Of a stretch of DNA of 64,000 bases, positions 1 to 10,665 are shown in pieces. The translations under genes were made by a program, and so were the position numbers. Every line of letters starts with the position of its first letter. Within the stretch, counting starts at the first letter, position 1. The DNA comes from Eutreptiella sp. 'Long Island Sound 2002' (Eukaryota > Protista > Euglenida), in the NCBI GenBank assembly GCA_964036045.1, contig OZ038379.1:78740001-78804000 (forward strand). Reading direction: 5' to 3'. The notes under the pieces were generated by a model that saw nothing but the letters and a program-made list of their open reading frames with translations, searched no databases and had not been told where the DNA came from.

Positions 1-72
1 CTGCACTGCACTGCACTGTATTGTACTTTACTGCATGAAACTGCACTGTACTGTACTATATTGTACTGTGAT
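1..72. repeat. Degenerate pentanucleotide microsatellite (CTGCA/CTGTA/CTATA)n, left flank of the LINE
   Basis: Directly visible: ctgca ctgca ctgca ctgta ttgta...; the same array resumes at 9956. Confidence 0.9.
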
Positions 73-102
73 GTAGTAGTAGTAGTAGTAGTAGTAGTAG
101 TA
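73..102 (-). repeat. (GTA)10, i.e. (TAC)10 on the minus strand; probable 3' tail of the LINE
   Basis: Ten perfect GTA copies at the junction between the microsatellite and the 3' end of the minus-strand APE-RT-RNaseH element. Confidence 0.8.
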
Positions 103-468
103 TGCGGCCACACCATTTTTTGGAGGCGCCATGCCAGCGATACCCTTTAGGGCAGCTGGTAGTGGCAGGGGCCGGTCCTCTTCAGTTTCATACGTTGTTC
201 CTTGTCCCTACCCTCCATACTGCCTGTCCCCTCTCCCCCGACCCTGAGCGCTGCAGCACAACACAGGTCATGTCTCAATCATTCGAGCCATCCTGCGAGG
301 TCTCTGTCATCCGAGTCTGCGTCCCTGTGCATTTCAGGCAAATTTGGCTCTGCTTCCTCCTCTTCATCTGCCTCTTGCCACTCATCCTTCTAAGAGATCT
401 GCCAGAACCCCCCTTAAGCCTGTCACATTTGCCCTTGCCTTGAAGCATATATACATGCCTGGAGGCGT

Positions 469-2340
469 TCAAACCGCTGTGACTCCTGGTGCACATTGGC
501 CAACATGAGGAGAGGTGGGCGACAGAGCGAAGGTCACTGAACCCCAAAGGCCTGCCACGGGGAGCCCCAGCACTACCACCTGGCCCCCCATTTCAGCCGG
601 CACACCAGCCTGTACCCATCCACTGTCCGTCCGTTCAAACTTGACTTCCTCCAGTGCACATGTGTGTGCCATGGCCCTCGCACATATGAGGTATGCCCAT
701 GCCATCCCTATCCTCTTGGGCCAGGCTGGGGGTTTCTTTCCAAACAAGTAATGTCGGCGGTGGAAGGGGGACAGGCAAAGCCATGCTCCTATCACCTCAA
801 CAAACGCCGTTGCAAGATTTGCTGTGAGTGCCAGGTTACAAGGGCCTTTCTCGTGCATTCCGATGAGACCTGGCTTGGACAATAGCACTTCACAATGCCC
901 TACTTCGCCCCCGTTCGTCAATTTGGACTCTGTCACCAGGCTGAGACGCCTGGCTTTTCCTTTTTTGCTGAACCTGACGCACTCCATGGTGACCCAGTCC
1001 ATTGACCAGCCCTCGGTATGCAAAAACTCAGCCGCTGCAATGAAGCCCAAAAAGCTGGCCACTGACGACATAAAGCATTCTTTAGTGATGCGACCTCCCC
1101 CGCTGCGACACTCTCTCCTACAAAACGAGCAGAAAAAATCAGGGGATTCTGCTACATGAAACCATGGGGCGTTCCGTGCCCAGAACGCGTATTTGAGTGC
1201 CCCTTGCGTCAGATTGTGTTTGATGATTGTTTCCTGCCACGTCCTGCCTGCTTCCCTCATACCCTGCGGTACGTTGAAGCCTTGTGCTGCCATGTAATTT
1301 GCATCCATGGTTTTCGGAGCATCCATGACAAACTTCCCTTCCCAAAACAGAAAAGCATAGTCTGCTAGCAGAGATTGAAATGGAATAGACCATGCCTTGG
1401 CTTGGTTTGCAGCTTCTTTCGCCAGATCATCACATTTCTTTTGCCACATGGCTACCTCATGCGTAGCATGCGAATTGTGCTGAGCCGGGACGAAGAATTC
1501 TTCAATCCCATGTGCATGGATGAATTCAGCGTAGGCTAGTCCGAGTCTATCTATCCAGACACACGACGTTGGCGAGCCACCGGAGTTGCCGCAGACCACC
1601 GCAGCATTATGTGCAATGGCAGCCATTATGCTCCTGCCCCTCCGGTCGACATGCTCCAGGAGTTCAATTGCCAAATATTTCCCGCACCACTCCGCACTCC
1701 ATGAGGAGCCCGAGACGCACACTGCTGACCCTGCCGCTGACACGACCACCCCCACAGCATCAACCAAAATTGCCGCCCACCGTATCCTGTCGCCTTTCTT
1801 TGATCCATCTGAGCACATGATCGGCGCACCTTGGGTTTCACTTTTGTGGACCTGTATGTTGCAGTACACATCATCAATTTTGTCTCTCAACTCAAAGCTG
1901 AAAGTCACGCTCATCCCTTTCACTCTCATCCACTCCCGTGCAGTACTTGCATCCCAGTGCTCAATTTGCGGTGACTCTTTTAGGAGCCACGCATGGCGGC
2001 ATGCTTCTCGCGTCAATGCATTTATGCTATTCAGGAGCTGAAACCATGTCAAGAGGAATTTCAATTGAAATTGTAGGTATAGAATCGGTAATCCGAACCC
2101 AAACCCACTCAGGGGGGTATATATCAGTGCGTTTGGCACTTTGGGGGGTAGCCTGAGGGCTGCACAAGCCACCCTCTTAATCAGTTTTTGCGCCTTGCAG
2201 GCCCATGCCAGTTGCACTAGCACCACAGCAAAAACATAGTCCGGCCTACAATGGCATATGCGATCAAAACCCGTAGAAGCAGTACAAACGAAGGCCCCAG
2301 CCTCGTTGTGGTCGCATGAATCTTTTGGGGTCTGACACAA
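469..2340 (-). pseudogene. RT C-terminal region, RNase H domain and Cys-containing C-terminus of LINE ORF2
   Basis: PFGFGFGLP-like LSGFGFGLP segment (GGxGL-type), then RNase H motifs CSDGS, SAEW, HN (expected D), VPAQH and CDDLAKEAA; CSFC further downstream. Confidence 0.75.
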
Positions 2341-3188
2341 AGTTTATCTAAGCACACTGCAGGCTTGTGCCCCATCAGCATGGGTATCCTTGTCATTGCA
2401 AATTCTTTTTTGCAAAATTCAAAATTGCCGAATACCGTGTCAACTTTCCCTGCCTTCAGGACCAGTTTTGCTTTTTGTATGGAAAATTTGAAAAGCTGGA
2501 GTTTCGCGAAGTTGACTGAACCTCCCACACTCCAGCAGTTGTGCCCCTCTGTCAGCAAGAAATATGACAGACCTGCTTGTGACAGCGTAAAGCCTCGTTT
2601 GTCATCAGAATAACATTTCCCTGCTATCTCATGGTCTTCTCTCCATGGCAGGCAGGGGAATAGAGCTTGTGATTCATATGATCCTGGGCTTAGCCACTCG
2701 GACTGCATACCATGTGACCAAACCGCAGAGTTGTACCATGTTCGAACTATGCCCATGTTGTTAAAAATCCCCATCCCCTTGCTGCTGCCCTGAGGTCCCC
2801 CATGCCTCATTTGGAATGGCCCCGGGGAACCAAGCGGGGATACTACAAACACACTCATGTTTTCAAACGCGGATCGCGTCCATCTCTCAACTCTCAGGGT
2901 TGGGTGTCGCGTGAGTGCATCGTGTCTTGGTCCAGCGACATTGCAGAAGGCATTTTTCTCATCCCAGTCCACTGAGAAAAGTACCCCATGTTTTTTGCAC
3001 CACTGCGGGATTAGAAGCTTGCCCACCATGGCTGCTGCTTGTGGGGACAAGTGCTTCCTATATGCAAAGATCTCCATCGGAATTAGCCCTGCCAGCTCTG
3101 ACCTGATCTGCATTCGATGAAAAACATTCGTTGCAGACAGCCGGCGAATAAAACCTTCTAGCAGTATAGGCATGCTATTCCTGAGCAA
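2217..3188 (-). pseudogene. Reverse transcriptase domain of LINE ORF2
   Basis: Motifs DWDEKNAF (DxxKAF), GGPQGS (GxPQG) and CYSDDK (YxDD) in the expected order and spacing. Confidence 0.88.
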
Positions 3189-3874
3189 TCATGTCGGAAA
3201 TTTCTTTATGAGACAAAGCTGAATCACCATCCGCCACCATTTAGTGTCTGCTCCCGCATCTACGTTAGAAAGCAATTGCACAAGACTATGCCATGCCACA
3301 CCGGTCAATTTCAATACCAAGCTCCTGGGCATCTCTTCACAGGACGTCGCCTATGACACTGATCTGTGCAACATATCCACAAACTCATCCAGCGTTGGTG
3401 CCTCACCTGCCACATCCTCCCAAGGAAGCCCTTGCCCGGACCTTTTGTACATGTACATCAGTGCTACAAAACCTGGGTGATCCTGCTGTGGGGAGAGGAG
3501 AGTTTTCTCTGTGGCTTTCATTATCTGGCCCGTGTCAACTGTGATCCCTGGCCTGTTCGCATACATTTCCTGTGCTTGTTTCGACGTTTGTGCTGTAAAT
3601 TCCTTGCGTTGCGTCGGAAATATCTGTCCATCCGGACTAATGTCATGCACTGTTTGAAATTTTTGGGATTTCAATCTCAGCACTCTACTTGTGGTGGATG
3701 TGATAATCGTGTCTTGAAGCTTGTTGGGCTCCAAATGGAGCGATGCTACACAGGCTGCATCTCGTTGTTTGCTGCACCAGCTCTGAAACCGATGCCTCTA
3801 TGCCTTGTCGTTGTCGTCTCGATGCTAATGCAACCTTTGCCGCTTCCTCCGTCACAGAATGTATGGACACTCTC

Positions 3875-4870
3875 TTACGCACACACTGTCTTATACGGTC
3901 CCAATATAAAAATAGCACTGCATTTGGCAGCCATTGGGGCCCCAGTGCACCAGTACAGACCTACTGACACCAAAGCTGCTGCTTGAGCCAGTGCATTTTG
4001 AGACGTCGGTATGAAGTTAAACTGCCTACACGTTGGATCTGCGGGGCGAAAATATTGGGCATCAAAATGCATTTCGAACAACAATGCAAAGTGCGACGAC
4101 AACCCACGCAGAATAACCCATTCACACTTTTTACAGGGGGTGGATGTAGAGATGAGCATCCAACCCCTCATTGTCGAAGCATACCTGTACCCTTTCTTGA
4201 CTCTGTTTGTTGGGGAACCAGATTCATACGGGCAAACCAGTCCGGACCACGGCTTTCCCTTCTTTTTGGCTTGCCTGAACCAACTTGTGGTGTCGTCTGC
4301 ATTAATATCCCCTTGCAGTATGTGTGCAGTGCACTTTTCGTTGAGAAGAAACTCAGCCGACTCCTTGACCGCTGTGTTTTTGGCCTTCGGATGCATGCCT
4401 GGCGGAAAATGTACATTCACCACAGCCAATGAGTCTGCCGTGGATCTTTTGACGGTGAAGCCCATCCAGTGCTCATTCGGGGATACCTTTGGTTTGAGTT
4501 TTCCCAACCATCTCAAATGTACTAGGATCGCCAGCCCTCCTCTCTGAAAGTTGACGGATCTGAACTGCCTGTACGGCAACAATCGCAGACAATCCAAATA
4601 TGCAGCTTCCCACACCTCTTGGAGGCATAAAATATCTGGATCTGTCAATGTACTGAGGGCTGCCATTTTCTCCTGTTTTTTTGCCAAACCCCCCCAATTG
4701 ATTCCCAGGAACCTTACCGTGCAGGCGAGGTCCGGGGCTGTCGGGGAGGGCGGGAACGTATACTCGGACGCCGCATATTCTCCTCCCATCCTCTGGAAGG
4801 CTGCTGCCTGAAACTTCTCCGGGATATCCGGGGAACATCGAGTCAGTCTAGCCCTCGATGTAGGAAACAT
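3875..4870 (-). pseudogene. Apurinic-like (APE/EEP) endonuclease domain of LINE ORF2
   Basis: Motifs INWGGL, DILCLQEVWE, VVNVHFPP, ILQGDIN and SSHF (degenerate SDH). Confidence 0.85.
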
Positions 4871-5149
4871 GCCTCAGCACCTGTAATTACCTGACTGTGT
4901 ATTCCCTGGTGGTGGGCCGCTCCTCGGTAAGGTGCCAGCACGTATTTGGCATGCCCACGCTGTGGTTCGCACACGCTAGAAATTTAGCATCCCAAATTTG
5001 CAGTCTGCCACAGATGTCACACTCTCTCCTTATCCGAAGACCTTCGTGCTTTAACTGTCCCCCGGCCTGAAGGCTCAGAGAATTTTTCACTGGGGCCAGC
5101 CCCGAAAGTGTTTCTTGCGATCCTTGGCCAAAGACCTTCTCTTTGACCC

Positions 5150-5385
5150 AAAACACTGTGACTATACCTTGTGAAACGATTGGAATTGACGGCACCCATG
5201 CTCTCTTTTGCCTCATTTGGCTGCCTTCTATCGCACTGCACCATGGGTGAAGTGTCCTTGCACAGAAAACACTGTGACTATACCTTGTGAAACGATTGGA
5301 ATTGACGGCACCCATGCTCTCTTTTGCCTCATTTGGCTGCCTTCTATCGCACTGCACCATGGGTGAAGTGTCCTTGCACAGAAAA
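5150..5385. repeat. 116-bp tandem duplication inside the LINE
   Basis: aaacactgtgactatacc...cacagaaaa starts at 5151 and again at 5267. Confidence 0.92.
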
Positions 5386-5399
5386 TGCTAACCCATGCA

Positions 5400-8300
5400 G
5401 GGTAAGCTGAAAACGTTCCTTGCTTGAACTGACTGCACAAACTCTCAAAAGCTCCCTATGTCAATTCCGTCTCTCTCATTTCGTTGGGGCATCCGGGTGG
5501 TCTTCGCATTTGTTCTCACCCTCGTTCAGTAGATGCCCACACTCTGAGCAGACATTTCTGACATTGGGCTCCGCATCATGCTACCCAAGGGATTCTTTCT
5601 GACACTCCCACCAAGTCGATAGCATCGACAACGTCCTCTCTCTGTTCTCCCTGACCTCCAGCCTTAGGGCTTCATATATTCTTTGAAGCGGGTAAGGGCT
5701 GCATTGCAGCTGTGGCAATAGGGATGGCATTCAAGATTTCTCAGAGACCTGACCTGTAGCTGCCTTCGGTGTTGCTTCCGCAATCCCTTCCGGCGGCCCA
5801 GCTGGGATCGGTGATAGCCTTCCATTGTTGTTCCCTTCACCTTTTCCACCTGTTGGGTATGGTTCAGTTCCAGGCAAGTGTGATCTCATACCTCTCGTGG
5901 GCCCTGCCGCCTTTCTGTGCCCTGCTCCGTCCATTGGCATTGCATTCCCTTGTGGGTTGTATCCTGGTGGTATGGGTGGAGCAGGGTAGTGAAATGGGGG
6001 GGGCATCATTGGGGATATTGGAAATACGAACTTGCGAACTGCTGCCCCGGTGGGGGGCGCGCTGTCAAGAGTTGTCCTTGACCTCCGCCGCCGCTCGTGT
6101 CGCCATTCGGGGATCCTCTCGTCGGGTCCCTGTAAGACTCTGTGCCAAGGCGATTCTGCATGAATCTCGCCAATTCGTATGGCTGTCCTTCTTTATTACG
6201 GGACCTGATTGTGAAGTCCTTTCCCGAGACCGTTCTCACGGTTATGGTGGCTACCCCTTAAGCAATCCTTGCCCACAAATCTTCATTTAATGTCCTGAAC
6301 CAAAAACCCTTGGCACATGCTTCTGAGGTTATGTTCCATGTGTGAGCAAACACCTGGCGCAACACGTGATCAACCTCATTGTGGGGGATCTAGCTGACGC
6401 TTGTTGCAAAGAGGGAGATTTCGGGCTTGTCTACCGAACGAGCATTTTGAGTGTAACCCACCACTCCCGGTGCTTGTGTTGGCGTCTGAGTTGCATTGCT
6501 GCTCGTCGCCATCACCTGGTCTGTCCCTGATGACGGTGAATCATCATCGGCGATCTGATGGCCGGCTGACCTCTTTGTGTGTGTGACAAACCTCGACCTG
6601 TACCTTGTGGTAGCAATGAATGACTCTGGTTGATATTCATCCATTGTGGCATGGGGTTTGTGGCATACGACACTTGCTCCACTTGGCTCAGTCCACAACT
6701 TGTGTGTGGCCCTGGGTAACTTTGCATTTGCTAAACTTGCACTGGTGGGGGGGGCATAAAGTTCCCTTGACCTTGACTCTATGATCCTGATCCTGTCTGA
6801 TTGACATTCCCTGTGCTCATCGCTGGTATGCCTCTGCATGCTGAGTCATCTGTCCAGTTCCCTGACCCTGCGGAAATAAGCTCAAATGGTTGATCGTGGA
6901 ATTGAACTGCGGTAGGGGTTTGAACCTCATTGCCAAGTCTGGCACCTCCTTTGTGGCTACATTTTTTTGAATGCTCTCGTCAACGGCGTCCAGTTGCTCC
7001 TTGTACTTTGCTTCCAGCACCAGCTTGAAAATGCCTTCCCACTCCACAGTCCACTCCTGTTAGATGCATCCTGAGATCCCACGATAAGTTTTCATCCATC
7101 CCCAGTACTGCCCCCACTCTGCCCCAATCCATGGCTTCTTCTGCCAAGGGCGTCAGCACTGCTGTGAGTTTTTCCAGGAAGTTCGCTTTCTACCGGTGTG
7201 TGGCCTCTTTTGATACACCTCTCATTTGCACCCAGTCCTTCCATGACTTCAGCGCTTCTACAGCCGATTGTGGCTCAGTTGCCAAGTGCGGTGAAAGCAC
7301 TGTCAGCAGATTCGCAAGCTGCTTCCCTATAACGATTCTCAGTAGGAGTGGTAGCAGCCAATGTGCCGCGTTCGGCCTGGATATGTACATGTACATGCCT
7401 GTCCCGTAGTCTTGTGCTTCTTCAGGTGACGCTCCTTTGCAAATGCTCGCAGCTTGGTCTATTTCTTTCATCAGCATTTGTGGGTAGTCTTCTTTGGGAA
7501 CTTTTAGTGATGGCGGTAGATCTTGTTCGAACACTGATGCATCCATGGAAAAGTTTGGGTGTCCAGGAGCTATAACTCTTGGTTGCCTTGGTCTAACTCC
7601 TTGGCCATTCCAGATTGCTACTGGCAGGTCCGGGCTTTCTCCTCTCACTGGCGATGGACTCCTTCTATCCTCCTGGCCCGCTCTTGGCAGTGGCGGGTGT
7701 GGCATGACTCCAGGCGGGATGGCCGTGACCGTCGCTTTGATGGCTGCGCTTGACACTAGGGAAGGGTCAGGAGACCCATCCTCACTACACGCTCCATTCC
7801 ATAACTCTTGCTTACCTTGCTTTTTGGCGAGCACAATGTCAATGGCCCTCCACAGATGAATCAGTGCTCGCGTTTGATTTTTCGACGGCAATGGCTTGGC
7901 CTGGTTGACCCATGCCGTGATGACTTGGGGTCGTTCTCCCACTGCAGCTCTCACTTCTTGGGCTCCAGCATCGCACATGAAGGCATTCATATTTTCCGCC
8001 ACAAACAGGTCGTCATCATCCCCTTGGAAGGCTGCTATGGTTTCCCTCATCTGGTCAATTGTCTCTTGCAGCGAGGACAAATAGCTATTCGGAAACTTGC
8101 TCCGAACTAGCGCTGTGTCTGTTTTCGAAATGAGTCCCTTTTTTACTGACAGCCACAAACCGAACGAGTGTATTAGAGTGCCGGCCAGGGGTATCCCTGG
8201 GACCTCCGTCCCTGATTTGCCATGAACTCCAATGCATGCCAGTTCTTCTCTGTCTTCAGGGATTCTGGTGACCGTCCACAGATTCGCTGGGGTGATGCTT

Positions 8301-9550
8301 TCTGGCTGCTTGGTCAGCTCCCACTTGGCAAACTGTCCCGCATCCATGCTCCGTTAGCCCTACTTGGACCTGCTGTAAACACTCTGCACTCGTGCAAATT
8401 ATGCTCCGTCCTGACTGTGGACACACCACACACATCACCCTGGCTTTGATTCGTCACAGCACTTTCCCATCCCCTGCTGAAAAAGCCCTTAGCCTGTCCC
8501 TGCATCGTCATAGCACTTGTTCCATTCTTGGGACATGTTCTTCACAACACCCCGATCCTTCCCTGAAAAAACCCTGTGGACTCGTCAAAGCACCTCTGCC
8601 TTCCCGTTCCCGTGACGAAGGTACTCTCACCGGTGCATTCTTTGCTCTCCACTGGCATTCTTGCTGCCTTCACCTCTCGCTCACTCCCTACCCACCCTCT
8701 TTGTCCTTGAAAGGAGCCCACACAGCCAAAGGCGACGTTTGCTTGGTGACTCTCAACAGGTGTGACATGAACTGTTCTAGTGCCTCTCTCAGGTGCTTTT
8801 CTTGTACGGGAGGGGATACTACCACTGCGAGCCAGCCTGACGTCCTTCCATGCAGTGAGTATTTGGCGACCATTGGGGCAAGGCGTGCAGTACGTTTGTC
8901 CCAAAATTGACCTGCTCGTTTCAAGGCTCAATTACGCTGAACATTCTGGGATCGCAAGCGAAAACCAGTGCCATGGGTGCCACGCGGATCAGACGAGACA
9001 GACCCGGCGCTCGCGTACGCACTCTTTCTGGATGTGTTCCTGCCTGTCGACCATGCGTTCACCCCTCCAGTGGTCATTCCGCACACTTTACCGACCGAAC
9101 TGCAGTGAGTGCGTCTGTGATGCCGACAAAGGGGCAAATTGGAGTCATGGACAATTGGGAACCATGGAGTGATCATCGACTTGAGCACAACAGGACTTGG
9201 AGTGAGCGTGCAATCTCCCAGCAAAGCCAACACACACTCCGTACGGATCATGGGACTGCACATGGTGCGCCGCCGTTGCTTCCGTTCTAGTATGAGAACT
9301 GTGCTGATTGCGACGTTGTGCCACGCACTGGTGAACAAAGGCAACACTCGTCGGGACGCAGACAGATTGGATCATGGGCCCAATACCAGGCGTTGTCGAA
9401 CAGATCTCTGGAAGACTTGGAACTCAGCCGCTCGACCACCAGTGCAGCCGTACCCGTGAGCGGAGGAGAGCAAGTGAGTGACCTTGTGTATGAAGATTCT
9501 GTAGAATCATTCAGGGAAGCATGTTGAGTAGTCCCTTTATCTACACAGTG
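5400..9550 (-). pseudogene. Long, fragmented ORF1/gag-like region of the LINE; function unknown
   Basis: Collinear minus-strand protein-like fragments (7190-8347, 385 aa; 6817-7047; 6006-6239; 5731-6009 Pro-rich) with Cys/His clusters, e.g. CSECGHLLNEGENKCEDH (~5500-5560, read by eye), CHPYCHSC and CPPHQCKFSKC. Confidence 0.5.
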
Positions 9551-9955
9551 CTGCACGGTGCATCTATTTCACAGTATTTTCATGGTATTTACAGCCCTCG
9601 AGTCCTTGACCTGTCTTTTGCGCGCGCTCTTGCTCTGACCTTCTACCCTTGCTCCTTCTCCCTTCCTTTCCCCACCCCTCTCTGTCCTCTTGCACGTCTC
9701 GCCCTGTCTCTCTTTGTTCGTTGTGGTTATGTACATCTAAGAGATAACTTGAACTGAGAGTAACGGTGAATAGGATACCTACCTTACCAGATGAGAGGCG
9801 GCTCCACCGTTTTTCCGCACACACCGCTGAGAACCACGAGCGATTGCCCCCCCGGCGCCGGGAGCCACACTCGGGCCGGACTGACGGGAAGAGACAGGAA
9901 CTAACAGAGTAGACCACAGACGACAACCGCCATTGCTCTACCCCCTTCGCCCCCC

Positions 9956-10665
9956 TGTTGTACTGTACTATACTGTACTGTACTGTATTATACTGTACTA
10001 TGCTGTACAGCATTGGACCGCACTGTACTACACTATACTGTACTGTATTGTACTGTACTGTACTATGCTGTACTGTACTGTACTTTCACTGTACCGTACT
10101 GTAATGTATTGTACTATAGTGTATATACCTTTTACTGTACTATACTGCACTGCATTGCACGGCACTGTGTTGTACTGTACGGTAGTGTACTGCATTGGAC
10201 TGTGCTGTATTGTACTGCACTGTACTGCACCCCACTGCACTCTACTTGTATTGCACTCTACTGTATTGTACTATACTGCACTGTACTGCACTGTACTATA
10301 CTGTACTGCATTGGGAATTGCACCGCACTGTACTTTACTGTACTTTACACTACTTTTCTTGTAATGTACTTGTACTGTACTGTATTATATTGTACTGTAC
10401 TACACTGGGAACTGCACCGTACTGGACTTTACTGTATTGTACACTACTTTTCTTGTAATGTACTTGTACTGTACTGTACTGTACTGCACTGTACTATATT
10501 GTACTGTACTGCACTGTACGATACTGTATTGTCCTTGTACTACTATACTGTATTGTCCTTGCACTATGATGTACTCAATGTATGTGTACTTATGTATGTA
10601 CGCATGTATTGTACTGCACTGTGCTGTGCTGTGCTGTGCCGTGTTGTGTTGTGTTGTGCTGCAGA
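9956..10665. repeat. Degenerate (CTGTA/CTGCA/CTATA)n microsatellite ending in (GCTGT/GTTGT)n
   Basis: Directly visible. The YCTVL/LHCTV ORFs in the track are translation artefacts of this array. Confidence 0.95.

Larger units (their letters stand above)
73..9955 (-). mobile_element. Decayed near-full-length non-LTR retrotransposon (APE-RT-RNase H architecture, ingi/I-group-like), ~9.9 kb
   Basis: Ordered minus-strand fragments: Cys/His-rich 5' ORF region, APE (3875-4870), RT (2217-3188), RNase H and C-terminus (469-2340), simple-repeat tail. Non-repetitive sequence ends at 9955, where the flanking microsatellite resumes. Confidence 0.85.

Noticed and set aside
9700-9955. HDV-like ribozyme at the LINE 5' end, as known for L1Tc/ingi
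   Set aside because: A TTCCCGT L3-like heptamer and possible P1 pairings exist, but I could not assemble P1, P2, P3 and P1.1 into one consistent fold. A descriptor or covariance-model search is needed.
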